Source: Octopus sinensis (taxonomy: Eukaryota). Taken from it: a stretch of 64,000 bases of DNA. A model generated the notes under the pieces. It had not been told where the DNA came from. It was given only the letters and a program-made list of their open reading frames with translations, and made no database searches. Below are positions 22,773-37,640 of this stretch, piece after piece; within the stretch, counting starts at the first letter, position 1; the number at the start of each line of letters is the position of its first letter. The stretch is taken from positions 12,772,001 through 12,836,000 of the forward strand of contig NC_043015.1 in NCBI RefSeq assembly GCF_006345805.1. The letters run 5' to 3'. Made by a program: the position numbers and the translations under genes.

Positions 22773-25700
22773 TTTTTTATATTATTTTAATATTTTTACA
22801 TGCTGCAACAACTTGAAATTTTTATATGAGACCAACAAAATAGATAAAAAAAAGGAAAAAACATTGGATGCTATCTTGGTATTTGCAGTGGTCAGTACTA
22901 ACAAGTCAAACTGACCCTGCACTCTGTGCTTGTAGCTTTATGTTTACTATTTAGCTCAGTGAATGGATTAAGAGTATTTAAACATCAGGATGAAAATTAT
23001 TCTTAACACAATATTTATTACTCTGTGCTTCCTTGTTTACACTTGTTGATTTTCTTCTCAAGTTAGACATTTCTTTTACATTTGTGTTTGAAGGAACATG
23101 TGTGTCTTGCATGTATGTGCGTGGGTGTGGGTACAAGTGTGCATGAACAGTACTAAAATCTTTTTCTTATTACTCTTTCCTCTATTTTTCTTCCATATGC
23201 ACACTTTGCATACATGCACAGACAGACAGTCAAACAGTTACAAATACACACAGATTTGGCGGCCAGTCTTGAATGGTGAAAACAACAATCTATTGATTTT
23301 CTGATTTCTACCTACACTGAGTAATTTGAAGTAACTAAGCTGCCTAGTTCCTTCTGCTTCTGCTGTTGCTACTGCTACATTTTCAACCTGATATGAATGC
23401 ATAGCAGCAGCAGCAGCAGCAATAACATAAATAACCATTCAATGTATTTTTTAACTAGAAATAATAAAAAAACAAAAACAAAAACAAAAAACAAGGAGCA
23501 ACAAAACAAAATCTTCAGTGCTAATGTCATAGCAGGATTGTGCGTGTGGAATTTACCAATCAACAATTGATCAGTTGAACAATATTTGCTACTACTAAAA
23601 CAAGCTGTGCAAGGTACTGTTATGTCAGATAACCTTACATGCAGGTGTGTCAATTAGAGTAGAGAAAATGAATAGATTATCAAGATTTTAATCACACAAC
23701 ATTAGTAATGAAGCTTTAAAGTGAGAGTATTTACAAGTTACTAGTATGTTTGGTTTATTATTTACACATTGAAATAAGTCTTAATATTATTCAAATAACA
23801 TATGAAGAACACAAAAACTACTTAAACATGTTAAGTAATTAGCATACAGTCTATTTTAAAAATAAATCCTCATGATACATTCCGGCACATGCATATATTT
23901 AAAGCAGCTGGTAGTTTAAAAACAATTCAAATTCTCAGTTATATATTTATTTGAAAATAGGTGTAGAAATATTTAATCACTTTATTTGGCGATTAATAAC
24001 CTAGTAACAGATACTGATGCAGGTGAGACCAACCTGAATATCTACAAAGAGAGAATTACAAACAAGGAGGGGACTGGAAAGAAAGGAAATTGATTTAAAT
24101 GTTAGCAGGAAAGTGTTCTCACGGTACCCAATGACCAGGTGATGATGAGTTAGATCCATGGTATTTTCTTTATTATGATAAAGTAATATCACACAAAAAT
24201 CCTACAGTAAAAACCCGGAAGACAATAACAATATTATATTAGCTACCAAAGGAAAGAAAGATAGGAAGGATATGGGACAACATAAGACAAATAAACAGCT
24301 GTCAGGTTTCAAGGATAGTTTTCAACTAGTTGTCTATATCTGTCCAACCTATTAGAGCTGGCAAAATTATGCTTAGGACATAAATTAATCAAAAAACAAC
24401 AGAAATTCAATGAAATATTATGTCCCACAAACATGTCATTTACACAAAGACACACTCTTTACCCTAAAATCCATCAAATGTTTTAAAAGATATTTATACT
24501 AGCATTACAGATATCAACAATAAAAATTGAGGTGACATAATAGCTATTGTGTTTGAATAAAAGTTACAGAAAAAAATCTACAGAGGAAAATAAATTGTGT
24601 GTAATTAATAATTCCTTTGTATTAGATATTGACCAGTACATTTTTATTTTCAGACAGTAAGTCACACTGGAAGTTGAAACTCAAACCTAACAGTAATGGG
24701 ACACTTTACTATGGACACAAGCATTGCTCTGTGTCCAAGATGTTCGTTTCACAATCATATGGTCCTGTCTCATTTGTATGGAATCTTGAATAAGTGCTTA
24801 GGTTAACCTTTAGGAGTGAAGTAGAAACTATATCAAAACATCTTGATTAGTTGTATCTTTTCCTAAGTGAGAGATGTAGTCTGTTATCTGGTTTAGTCTC
24901 ACAACCTGGCTTTTGGTTGCCTTTAGTAGTGTTCATCCTGTAGTAAGCATTCATATAGGGTCTCTAGTCTGAGGATAATTTGATATCCTGATGTGCTGCT
25001 TCCTACTACAACAATCCATAAGTTTTGATTTCTTCCACTCTCCTTCCATTAGTTTTGCAGACCCTGCAAGGGTCATAAGCAGTGCTCTTTCTCTTCTGAC
25101 AAAGCCATAAAAAAGTTCTTTGACAAGATCTTTTGGCTCTCCTAGGTTAGCCCACATAGAAAATAAGTACATTGGAGAAAATATTCTTATGAGAAATTTG
25201 CAGCTGCAAAAATATCTACTCCAAGAAAATAGACATGTCTAATCCATGAAAACATATAAAAGAGAAAAGAGACAGAATTGGAGGCAGATGGTGAGCATAA
25301 GTGAGGAGAAATTTAGTGAGCTCAGTAATTTCTCTTCCACTTTATTTATTTATGACAACACCCTTTTCTCTTACTCCAATGAATGCAAGATGTTGATTTT
25401 TTGCTTATTCTGTTTCTTTTAATGATAGTTTTAATTATTACATGTGAGAAATAAGAAGTAGAAATATGTTGTGAAATAAAGAAAATGATGAGATGTAAGG
25501 AAAAGAAGAAAAAAAAAAAGAAGAATTAAAAATCATAATGGAATGATTTGTACTAAATATTCCACTAACTTATCTGTGTTAGTCATTATCATATGTCTGA
25601 GTCAGCATATGACAAAGTTCTAGTGAGACTGTCAAGAAAACTAATACACCAATCAATAGTGTCAACTGAGGTATAGTGTCAGTGAAGCATTTCAGTGATA

Positions 25701-26479
25701 TTTGCTTTAAATTATAACTAAGATGTAATGGAAATAAATGCATACAACATACAGAGGTTAAAGAGAGTAACCAGGATTTTACTTTCTCCACACTTCATGG
25801 ATACTTCTGTTGCCACTCGTCATTTACTCTTTAACTTATCCCATCACCCTCCTTTATCTTTTTCCACTTGTGTTGTTGTCAGCCACTCTCTATTCATCTC
25901 TACCCCAATTCCCCAGGACTATGTACCAGAAAACTGCACTGGTCCACCCTTATCCGTTCACTCTGCTTATGTATAAGAGACTGTACTGGATCATCCTCAT
26001 GCCTCAACAATTCCTTCTCTTTAGTTGTCTTCTTTACTAGTTTTACCTTTATCTACTACCAGCCCTCACACGCTTGCCCTCAGAACCATTTCTATTTCCA
26101 CTTATCACTCACTCTTTATCTTATCCCTTGACCACAACTGACTGGTGAGCAGGACAATCTCCCTCTAGTGTGGATATCATAAAATGAATCCAGTTCACAT
26201 TGTAAAGTGGTTGGTTAATGAATAGAAAGTGTGTAGGGTTCTACAGTCCCTTTATGAAACCGCTCTGGTGTTGGTGCCATGAAAAAGGTACCTGGAACAC
26301 ACTAAAGTGATTGGTGACAGGAAAAGCAGCCCACCATAGAAACCAAAACAAATGACACATAAGCAGCTCACAATAAGAACTTAATCAGCTAAGAACCCAT
26401 CACATCCGTGCCAGTATGGAAAGTTGATGTAAAAATTGTCACAATGAATATTCCATTTATCTATCCAGCCATCATCTCC

Positions 26480-27070
26480 ACCACTATTTTTGAGAGGGAT
26501 CTGAGTCCTTAGGTATCTCTTCCATAGGATCCTATCAGATGTAACTGTCATTACACTTTCTGAAACCATGGATATTATCTGTCTCACTCTTGGCATACCC
26601 TAAGTCTCCAGCTGGTTGGCACAGCTTGAAGAATCTATTTTGTAATTCTTCCCTGCAATATTCTTATCACATGACTCTAGTACTGGAACTGTAACCTCTC
26701 AAAGCAGAAAGGTAGCAGCCTGACCTCAAGAGACTCCCTGATCTCTGAGCTTCACACCCTGTCAAGTAACATTACTCCAGAGATCTTTTGGAGGAACCTC
26801 AGCTACTTGTGATCATGATTGTATTATTTCAGTCATTTATGACCATAGGTAAGGATAGAGATGAAACTAAACTGCACTGAAAATAGCAAGTCTGGCATTT
26901 TTTTTCAACCTCTGCTGTTCTAAGGACTGAATGCAAGAGCTGGCTCATTACTGTGCCAGCACCTGCAATTCTAGTGTCCTCTTCAGTCTCCTGCTTTCAA
27001 TCATTTGTGAACAAGGCTCTGAGATAAAATTTCTCCACTTGTCTTAGGGATGTTTCACTAACATTCAGAG
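26480..27070 (-). pseudogene. Decayed Rex3/Expander-like RTE RT C-terminus
   Basis: Fragments ETSLRQVENF, ILTYGHK, LQKISGVMLLDRV*SSEIRESLEV, ILQAVPT..GMPRVR resemble Rex3-type TLTYGHE..LRDRVRSS..RPRGRPR. Confidence 0.65.
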
Positions 27071-27109
27071 GTCACAAAGAAGATTTCTTTTGAGAAGACA
27101 AATGAATAT

Positions 27110-27600
27110 TAAAAAGTTAAATAAGTTTTGAAGAATGATTGTATTCACTGCATTCACCTCTATCCCCATCTCTATCCAACTGCTACTTGCCTTTCACACT
27201 CTTATGAACTTAACAACTCATCCATTCTGTCTGATCCGCCACTCCATTTCTCTTGCATTCACCTTCCAATATTTTGAGAGTACACCCTGATACCTCATCA
27301 CCATCACCATCTATCTTTTTCCAGTTGGGGTAGCCATGTAACTCCTCTACATCAAGACACTTGTTCCTCTCTCATACTCCAACCTTTCCCCACCAGGCAT
27401 AAAGTTACCTCCCTCAATATTACACCTCTACTCAGCTGAGGCATCTTGTCTTGCAAGAATTCTGTAAAGTGACTGGCATAAGGAAGGACATCAGACATAG
27501 ACACCATGTCAAAGCAGCTCAATGTAGAGCTTGGCTTGTCAGTGCCTGGCAAACAATCCAACCCATGCCAGCATGTAAAATAAGACATCAAACAATGAAT
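27110..27600 (+). mobile_element. RTE-tailed element with pyrimidine-rich body
   Basis: CT-rich body, then ccaacccatgccagcatgtaaaataagacatcaaacaatga (RTE-type terminus). Confidence 0.55.
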
Positions 27601-30600
27601 TAGTAAGAATAACATTCAGCAAAATACATAGTTTTATGCACATTTATGCAACCAATCAGCATTAAAGAAATAGTTCTATTAAATTTTGTAATCAATGGAG
27701 CAAGGTAGTGAGGAAAATGAAAAACAATTATTAGTTTTATTTCTTAAAAGCTAAGTCATAATTGTGAACACTAATCACAAACTATTTTTCTCATCTTAAT
27801 ATCATAATGGATTCCTTACTGTAGATAAGAGACATACTGTCTACATGACAGAAAAATTAAAAGGAACTGCTATAAGTGACAATAAACACTTTTACTTAAT
27901 GCTGTTACAACTTTAAATATAGAGATTCATTATGTTAGTATTGTTGAAAGAGTGTGGGTTAAAGGCATATCAAAATATGTTGCAGAATTTAGTTAATTCA
28001 GATCTAGAAAAAATTGTTTGGTTATGGTATTTAACACTGAAGTAGTGTCAATATTTAAAGGCAGCTTAACCCCCAAATAATTGTAAGGATACTATATTTT
28101 ATTTAAATTCTGATAAAATATCATCCAATGTAATAAAGTTGCCTCAATAGAATTTCTGATTTTAGTTGTAGACATAAGGTTCTACAATTTTCATGACAGT
28201 AAAAGCCAAAATAAAAACAGCTACCAGCTAACTTAACATATACCAAGTAGATAACACTTTACATTTGTAAAGTTGACACTTTTGCCATTAGTTGAAAGTA
28301 AGTCAATAGCTACTGAATGAGGAAAACTTCAAATTTTTAACATAAAAAACAAAACTCTTTATTATATCCTTTTAAACTGAAACTAAGATTGGTTGACAGA
28401 AATTTTGCTATGCTCCTTAAGATAAGGAGTTAAGTATGTCAAGTTGTATCTTGCATATCCTTGTAACAAATAAGAAAATTGCTCTTTTAGTTTCAGGAGA
28501 GGAAATCTTATGTTAGGTTGGTGATTGATAAACATGAGTGGCTTAGATTATTTTCAATTTAAGAAAACATGCAAGATTTATATGTGTAAAACATGTAGAA
28601 AACATTTTAAAGTACATTAGAGAGACATCAGTTGAAAATAAATCTAGGGATTAATCAGAATCACTGATAACTACCAGAGTCAGATATGGAAATATGTAAA
28701 AATATTAATGAGAATGCAAACCAAAGAAAAATTTCCCAAGTTTGATGTTGAGTCTAAGTTGATTCTGATAACAATAAGAAGTCTAAAAGTAAATCATTAG
28801 CATGCTGGACAAAATGTTCCATGGCATTCCTTCTGGCTTTATGTTTTGAGTTCAAATTTCACCGATGTCAACTTTGCCTTTCATCCTTTCAGGATCAATA
28901 AAATAATAGCAGTTGAACTCTGAGATCAATATAATTGACTAGTCCCCCCACCCCCCAATTTCAGGCCTTGTACCTATTGCAGAAAGGATTATTATTTTTT
29001 AAGTATTTCATTTTTTGTCAGTATATTTGTTGTCGGTGTCATTCTTTGCTGTCATCATCAACAACTAATATGCCACCACCATCAACACAATCAATTTTAC
29101 CCCTTCATTACCAAATTTCTACTGAAATCCACTGTCTCTACTTCACTTAATTTTGAAAATAATGAAGTATTTAGTAAAACGTCTTTGTTGTTATTAAAAC
29201 TGGTGTTTGGAACATAAACTAACATGGAATTTTGATAGGAAGTTTAAATTTAAATTACTTTAAACAGGAAGTTTGTATCAGAGAACAAATAGCAGTTTTG
29301 GATGAGTTGGTCTTAAAATAGAGTTTCAATAACATACACAGTCTATGAAAATAAGAAGCCAAAACTAGAATTTATGCTTCATACATCTAATGTAGAAAAT
29401 CTTGAAAAACTGGATGTTCAATACCAGTTAGTTATGAAATGTAATAATATAATTTGTTATTTAACATCACAAATGATATTACTAAAATTCATTCTGTACA
29501 AAGAAACTTGTAAACTGTAGAAATGAATATATTCTGGGATTTTATTAAACTGAGCATTGTTATGTAATTTAAACATTTCAGGATAATGATGTAACATTTG
29601 GAGTTAAAACACAATAGTAATATTTTATCATTCTCAGATTCATGTCTAGAATGTTGGCAGGAAATATCAGTGACCTCAATTTATATCTGAGCGTAACAAG
29701 AGAAAGGAAATGTAGCTAACATCATTAACAGACTTAACAGACTCTATGGCATTCATGTTAATTTGCTAAATTATTCATCATTATCAAATATGCACAGAAG
29801 AAGCATACTATAGCAACTTATTCACCGCAGGAGATTATCAGAAATATTCTAAAGACCTCTCTAAATAACAATTGCCATTCTTACCAATATTTTTATACAC
29901 TAAGGTAGTTCAAAGGATTAGGGAACCAACCTAGAAGCTTTACTGAATCTAAACTCAATATTTTAGCTTTATATCTCATTTGGAACAAATTATTCTTTCA
30001 AAATAAACAAAGTAAGAATAACTAAAATATTGGAGACATTTCAATTGTCTGTATTTTATTTTCTACAAAATGGACATGTCAAAAAGAATCAATATTCTTT
30101 AGTAATGAATAGGTTAAAACCAATCACAAAAGGAAATTGAACAAAGACAATCATCTTTTGAGCCCATCCATGATCTTTTACTTATAACATCATAATAAAT
30201 ACTGGTTCATTACAAGAAGTAATGAGAAGAAAATAAGCTAATTATGAAGATATATCCAGATGTGATAACTAGCTAACTAATACGACATATTTGAACTAAA
30301 ATAATACTAGGTTATTTTCCCAATGTAACTGACAGTGTACCACATGTAAAAGTAGGCATTAAATACATAATTATGCAATTAAATGGTGGCCTGACACTAT
30401 GCTTTTTTCCCCATTTATGAGTTATTCCAGCTATAAGTCACATGATTTCCAAGAATATTTTCATGTTTATTTATAATATATTTGGATAGCTTCACTTCAA
30501 ATAAAATTAAAGTGTCAATATCAATTCCTTATCTATTTTAAAATTTAAAACATATTTACAGGCCTTAATGACAGCCCTAGAGAATCAAACTATCAACCTG

Positions 30601-33304
30601 CTTGATTACAAAGACACAAGTGAATAAACACCTGAGAAAAATATCTTAATTGATGAAGTCATATTGCTAAAGCTTATTAAAACTATATCACTTATACTGA
30701 GCAAAGCCAAAAAAAATAATAATAAATGCTTGGAGAGAAAGTAGGTAACAAATTTGTTTTTGTTTCTAACTATAATTTAACAACTCTAACATGTAAATAT
30801 ATACACATACATATTCCCATCTGGATCCAAACACAGGGGTAATATGAATGATTAACTTCTATCTATGCAACAAATGCCTTGCATAGCTTTGGTGTAGTCC
30901 ATGAATAATTTCCAAGGTATGTCACAAAATTTGGTGGAAAGATGCTGTAAATATTATCAGATGGTTGTTGAGATTCCAGATTTTAACAGTTTTTCAGGAT
31001 TAATTTCTTACATAATCAAAACAACAATCTAGTTCAAATGACAAAAAGAGCTGAGACAATTGGGCAAGTCTAAAACTTAGTAATGGAATGAACTTAACAC
31101 TGCTAGTTAATAAACCACTTGCCAACTTCAAAGTGTTGCTCATAGCAATGTGTTGTCCCTACCATTCTAGCCATAAAGAAAAGCCAGTGACAGGGTAAAA
31201 ACTGTGAACCTGCACTCCCATACTAAATGTCATATATTTATAAACAATAATTTATTTGAGGAAAATATTAAGGAGTCCATTCATAAGAATTAACCATTAA
31301 TGTCTTGCTAGGCAAACATGCAATTAATATGGTTATAAATCATTTTGGACTATTAAGCTCATCATCTGTTTTAATATTTACATCTACACTATGCTTTGAT
31401 TGCCATTAGATATCTCATTCTTGAATGTGTACATAGCTGCAAGTCCAGATCTGTGTACACAAACAGGAATAAGACACCAGATGATGATTGGAAATTATAC
31501 TGTACTGATTATAGCCTCTGTGTAAATATTAGAAAACAATTTTTCTCTAAAGATGTGGTTGTTAGTGAACAAAATTAATTTCATATTAACAACTAATCTC
31601 GGTCAGACACTTACATATACTACTATTTACATACAAAGAACCCGAGGCTTTCCTTTCTTAAACAACATGGAACTTATATATTTTATTAAGAAATATGTTC
31701 AGCAGACTCACTAAGTAGAAATGAGTACAACACTGACTGTAAAATACTTATATACATTGTGTTTAATATGTCTTGTTACAGAATTTTATTTCGTATCACA
31801 TGTCTTAACTTTCAATTTGTCCTTTTACAAAACTATAAAACACAACTAAATATTTAAATTAATTATATCCCAGGAACCATTCCTTAACTACAAATGTTTT
31901 AAAACAATAAGAAACAAGTAATTTTCTTCATCCAAATCTCACAGAAAGAACAACAAAGAGAAACTGAACATGATCCTGATGTTCAAAAATATGGCATAGA
32001 ACTGATTCAGCTATACGTAAATCCTTTGGAATCTTATTTCTATGGTATTACATTGTTTTTGTTTTATTTTTAATGTTACCAATCTTTGTCTTCTCTATCC
32101 ACGAAAAAGATACTTTTGATAAATAAATATGAAAAGCTTCTGTTTAAACATGACAAGCTGAACTGGTTGTCATAAAACTAAAGACAAGCTGGTTCCCAAT
32201 AACTTTCTATTTAAAACTTTAAAAAATGACTCACATCCAGAATCAATTCTCAGAATTACAGCAGTTACAGTAGATGAAGATTGGAAAACAGAAAAGTAAA
32301 ACTAAAAAGTAAAATAAAACTAAAACAAAAAAATAATACATACAGAGAGAAGAAAAATTAAAATGCAATGAGCCAAGAATGACATGGAAAAGAAACTAGC
32401 AGAAAAATAATTATAAAATCAATAAATTTTCTCAAATGCTTGTTAAATCAACAGTGGTACCATAATTCAGAACTATCCATTTTCTTCTCTTCCTACTACC
32501 TTTCTTTTTACCCTAAATCACTGAACCTAGTAATTCTTGTTTTTGATTCTCTAACTTTCTGTCTCTTCTGTTTTCTCTCTTTTAAAATAAAACTTATTTT
32601 AATTATGCTTGGTAACACTGAACTGATGGTTAATTTGAGACTATAGCTACAATTATGAGTTCTTTGTTTCAATAAAATAAAAAAACATTTTTCTTTGTTT
32701 TTGTTTTCTCATCATATGGGCCCAACTTGTTCACCTTGACTCTTAAAAGGTTATTTATGACATCACATTTTAGTACAATGTATGGAATGGACCAACACTG
32801 AAGAATGTGCTTCAAATTTTACCTTGGAGTTTTTTTCTCCAATAATGGAATTATATATCCATCTCCATTTTCCATTTGACTTAGAATACTCTTTTCACAT
32901 AACGGATAATCTGCTTCCATACTAATACAGTAAATCTGCTTGAATTCACAAACCAATGCATTTTATATTCAATTGCTCACTGAATTCCTTTGCAACAGCT
33001 TTTCTTCTAACTTGATCACATGCAACCAATTCCTCTCTTGTGAATGTAAATCTACTTTATCTGCTGCTCATTTCTCAATCACAAAACATTCTTATACTGA
33101 CATCATATTACTTGCCTTTAGTATAGCAAACCCAAGTTAATAACTAAACTACGAGGCAACATACATGAATTCAAACTGTCCTCATAAGCATTGTTTGTGC
33201 TTTTTAAGAAAGAAGCAAAACTTTTATATAAAACACATAAGACATCTCTGTTCAGTACTCAGAGGTAAAGAATCATTACTTTTTGGATCTATTATTGATG
33301 CCTT

Positions 33305-33532
33305 TTAATCCTTTAGCATTTAAACCGGCCATATCCAGCCCAAACGTTCTACATATTTAATATTCAAATTGGCCATATCTAACCTCTCACACCTAACCTA
33401 CACTGACATTTAAAAAATAAGCTATTACATAACTGAAACCTCAAAACTATAAGAGAATACATGATTAATTCAAAACAATTTGAATATAAAAGCATTACAT
33501 TTGACAGAGTAATCTGAACACTAAAGGGTTAA
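33305..33532. mobile_element. TTAA MITE family M1
   Basis: ttaatcctttagcattt...ctgaacactaaagggttaa. Confidence 0.75.
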
Positions 33533-33701
33533 GATATTTTTATAACACTAGAAACAGTTTCTACTAGAGGGTAAATATATTGAACGCTTGCCTACTGTCT
33601 ACATTACATGAAGAGTCAGAATAATAACATAGTTTGAGAAACAGTTCACATGCATGTCCATCTTTACAAACTTGCAAGTCAATTTCTGTTACATAATAAT
33701 G

Positions 33702-35001
33702 TTAACCCTTTAGTATTTAAACTAGCCACATCCAGCCCAAATATTCTACCCGTTTTATGCTCAACCCAGCAAGATCCAGTCTCTCATACCTATCTCACAG
33801 TGTCATTCTAAAGATAAATAATCACATCACTGAAATATCGAAGCTAAAAGATAATACGCGATTAATTCAGAAAGGAGGTGATTGATAGAAATGGTGTGGG
33901 GAGGAATGATGATTGGGAGTGGGGATGCAGGGGTGGCATGTTTGATAGAATATGAGATGTAATATTCATAATATTGCTTGCAGGTGAGTACAGCAGCTAG
34001 TGTAGTACAATAGATAGGGGGTGAGGGAGGGGGCATAGCCTCACATGTACAGGCATATCCGAGTGGTTTATAAGGTTTCATTTTTATAGTAACGAGCAGG
34101 TCTTCTCGAGCACAGCAAGAAGCCAATCTTCTTTGGTCCTTTGTCATCTCCCGCAATGTTCAATATGTTGAGATCTGCCTTCAATACCTCGTCCCATGTC
34201 TTCCTGGGTCTACCTCTTCCATGAGTTCCATCCACTTCATGCGACTGGCACTTCTTCATGCAGCTGTCCTCATCTATATGTATCACATGGCCAAACCAAT
34301 GAGGTTTACACATCATTCTATTCTCCTTCCTGAGTCACTCCTATGTCTCCCACCTCATTCCCCTCAGCATACTGGTATTTCCAATCATCTGTGCCCCCAA
34401 TCTTGTTTTTTTGACTCACTACACTAACCTCTACCTCCACCTGTTTATTCCCTCCTCACACTCTTATGAAAGCATCCACTCTCATTCCTTCCCATCATCC
34501 ACTTTTCTTTTCCTCTCTTATACTTACCTCCTTATTCCTTGAGAGTTTGCTCCAGCACCCCATTATTACCTTCCTCTTATCTCATTCAATCATACATCTC
34601 CTCTATAGCAAGACACCTGTGCTTGTCCCTCTATCATACTTTAACCTTTCAACACTTGGCATACAGCCACTCATCTCCACCTTCCCCTCCCAAATACTTC
34701 TTTTAAGTAGTGGCAACTTTTTACTCTCTTTCCTTCTCTGTTCTTTTCTGTTTTGCAAGTTACAGAGCAACCTTACTAGTGCCAGTGACACGAGAAAAGC
34801 ACTCAGTGTACAACTGTAGAAACCATGCCAAATAGGACATTGACGCATGATGCAGCCTTGCAGCGTAACATTCCCTGTTAAACCACCCTACTCATGTCAG
34901 CATGGAAAGTGGATGTTAAATGATGATAATGGTGAATTTAAAAAAAATATGAATAAAGAAACATTACATTTGATGGAATAATTTGAATGCTAAAGAGTTA
35001 A
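33702..35001. mobile_element. TTAA MITE M1 split by an RTE insertion
   Basis: Left part 33702-33873 and right part about 34935-35001 together rebuild one M1 copy. Confidence 0.7.
33874..34930 (+). mobile_element. RTE insertion with an inverted 5' segment
   Basis: About 34100-34310 encodes the RTE ORF end on minus (WFGHV..DEDSCMKKCQ..GRGRPRKTWDEVLK); about 34315-34930 is UTR plus the (GAT) tail on plus. Confidence 0.65.
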
Positions 35002-37399
35002 TCATGGTTTCTGTATTGCATATTACTATCAAGATCATCATCATCATTATTATTAGTAGTAGTAGCAGTATTATCAAAACTACCATTATTATGAGTAGTA
35101 GTTTTACGAATATCATCATTATTTCCTGAGTTCAAATTCTGCTAAGGTTGACTTTACCTTTCAACCTTTCAGGGTTGAGAAAATAAGTACCAGTTCAGCA
35201 TGGGGGTTGATGTAACTGACTAGCCCCCTCCCCTCAAATGTCAGTCCTTGTGCCTAGAGTTAGTAGCATTAAGGCAATGTAAAGGCAAATATAGCAAAAT
35301 AGCACACAGGATGTTTTTGCAGTATTTTTCTCTTTAATCCAAATTAAAATCTTGCTGGGATTATTACAACTTTCACCTCTACACAATCTATAAAAGATAT
35401 ACCAGTCATGTACTGTGTTTCATTTAACTACAATCCTTCTCTTTGAATCTATGGCCTTTTGCCAATATAAAAAAAATTTTATTTTGATTATTATAAATTT
35501 TAATTTGTAACAAAGAGCTTTTAAGATGACCTTTAAGTTGCTTTTACTACAATAATTATTAGAATGTACAGTAAAAAAACTGAGAAGGTAAAGTGATAAT
35601 CAAAATTATCATGGTACCACCACGAATTGGTATGGTAAGTACTAAGTCAGACCAGTAGATAAAGAGGTAGAATTCTATTATAGTAAAGAGCATTTTGTTT
35701 TAATAGTCAGACAACATTCTTGGAAAGAGAAGCTATAAGCAAATTAAAAAATCAACACAAAATTATTCGAAATGTTATGAATTAACCCTTTAGTGGTCAT
35801 AGTATTAATAGTGTTATGTGTGCTGAATTGTTCATATAAGATGAAACACAAGAAAAACATGGCTTTCTAAGTTGTTTAGAAAGAGAGAGATTTCTGATAC
35901 CAAGGATAATACTATACAAACAAGGCCAGGTAGAGCTGGACTAAAAAAAATATAGCATTCTATAATGGTCTGCATGCTACAAGATAAACCTCGAAATATT
36001 TACCATACTAGCGGAAAATTATCATAAATGTTTTTTGGTAACTTTTATGATCATGAATAACTGTAGTTTTGTGATGAAAGTATAGTAGCTAAAGTAGGAA
36101 GGGGGGAAATAATTTTAAGGAGATGTAACCCATCTTATCAACAGGGGGTTTCTTTTCATAACCAAAGTAGGCTGTATAGAGCATATGCAAGAAGTAAGAC
36201 ACTGCATGATAGTGAGACGTGGGTATTTAATGTTAAAGATCTGTGGAGTATGGTTTGCATGTGCAATGTTAACCAGTCTTAAAGACAGAGCAAAAAGAGT
36301 TGATAGTATAGTTAAATATTAAAGACATAAGCAAATGTATACAGAAAAGACAACTGTGCTGGGATGTATCCAAAATGAGAACAGATGCGGAGTGAAAAAG
36401 TGCTTTGTACTGATATAAGTTGTGACATCAGATCTCAGGGTGTGAATCTTCATGAATGAAATTATAAAGGATCCCAACATGAAATAAAATACAGTATAGC
36501 AAATGGAGCTAATGAATGGCAGCATAGACAAAAAACAACAACAATGAAGATGCTGGTGGTAATAAATAAGATCCATTTAAGTTAAAAATAAAATAGAATT
36601 TGGCCACACAAACAAAGCTCATTGACTGATAGAGAAAACACTAAAATATCTAAATGGTATCATGAAATCTTTCTTCAGTAGCTTCTTATTTCTGGGGGAA
36701 TTCCTTATTTTGGATAAAATATCTTCTATTGTGAAGTAGACGCCACTGTTTTTTTTAAGTGTTTCCTAAACAAATCTGGCAGAAAGATGATTAATCTATC
36801 TTATCATATCATATCGCTTCTATCAGTTGAAAATTTTGTCCCATTACATTTGGCAGAAATGTAAGATTTCTTGAAAGCAAAACAAAATAAGTAAATGTTT
36901 GAATATGTATATCCACTACCTGAAATCCGCACACATAAGTGGATAAAAACATTTTTACTTAGTTTAGAAAAGAACAGTTATCAGAGAGGTATTATGTACA
37001 AAGCCAATAAGATAGCAGAGATCATTCCAATATAAATAATAAAATTTTTTAAAAATTCATTTCTAAAGATGAGGCTGATTGTTTAAAAAATTACAATCTT
37101 ATAAACATTTATGTCTTTCCAAAAAACTTTAGCTGCTTAAATGGGTGGAAACAACTGATACTGGATCACAACTGCAGTTATTCATCTCTAATGCTGCAAC
37201 ACCCATGCACTAGAAAGATAGATAATGAAATCAACAAATGTAACTATTTATAGATTTCACAATATTTTCTGACCTATTGGTTTATGACTCATCAATACTA
37301 ACTTATAGCGGTACAGCTATTTTGGTTAGTTTCAACAAGCTTTAAAAAAAAACATTATAAAAGTAAAGAAATAAAAAAAAAACATTAAAAAATCGTAAA

Positions 37400-37640
37400 C
37401 ATAATATATTAGACAAAGTCTACTCTTGTACTGGTTTCATTCTTTGGACTGCGGTTATGTTGGGGAACTACCTCCAAGGATTTAGCTGATTATGTTGACA
37501 GACTTTAGTACTTTATCTGGTACTTATTTTATTGACCTTGGAAGGAGGAACTGTAAAGCAGAACCAAGTGGGATTTTAACTTAGGATTTAACCAAATAAC
37601 ACAAGATATTTTGTCTAATGCTCAAGTGATTCTGCTACCC
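37400..37640 (-). mobile_element. Decayed SINE with family C head and family B-like tail
   Basis: Minus strand: gcagaatcacttgagc..aaaatatc head, aataagtaccag core, cataaccgcagtccaaagaatgaaaccagtacaagagta tail. Confidence 0.5.

Noticed and set aside
24951-25976. Short ORFs suggesting a nested gene or endonuclease relic
   Set aside because: No consistent splice signals, domain motifs or in-frame partners.
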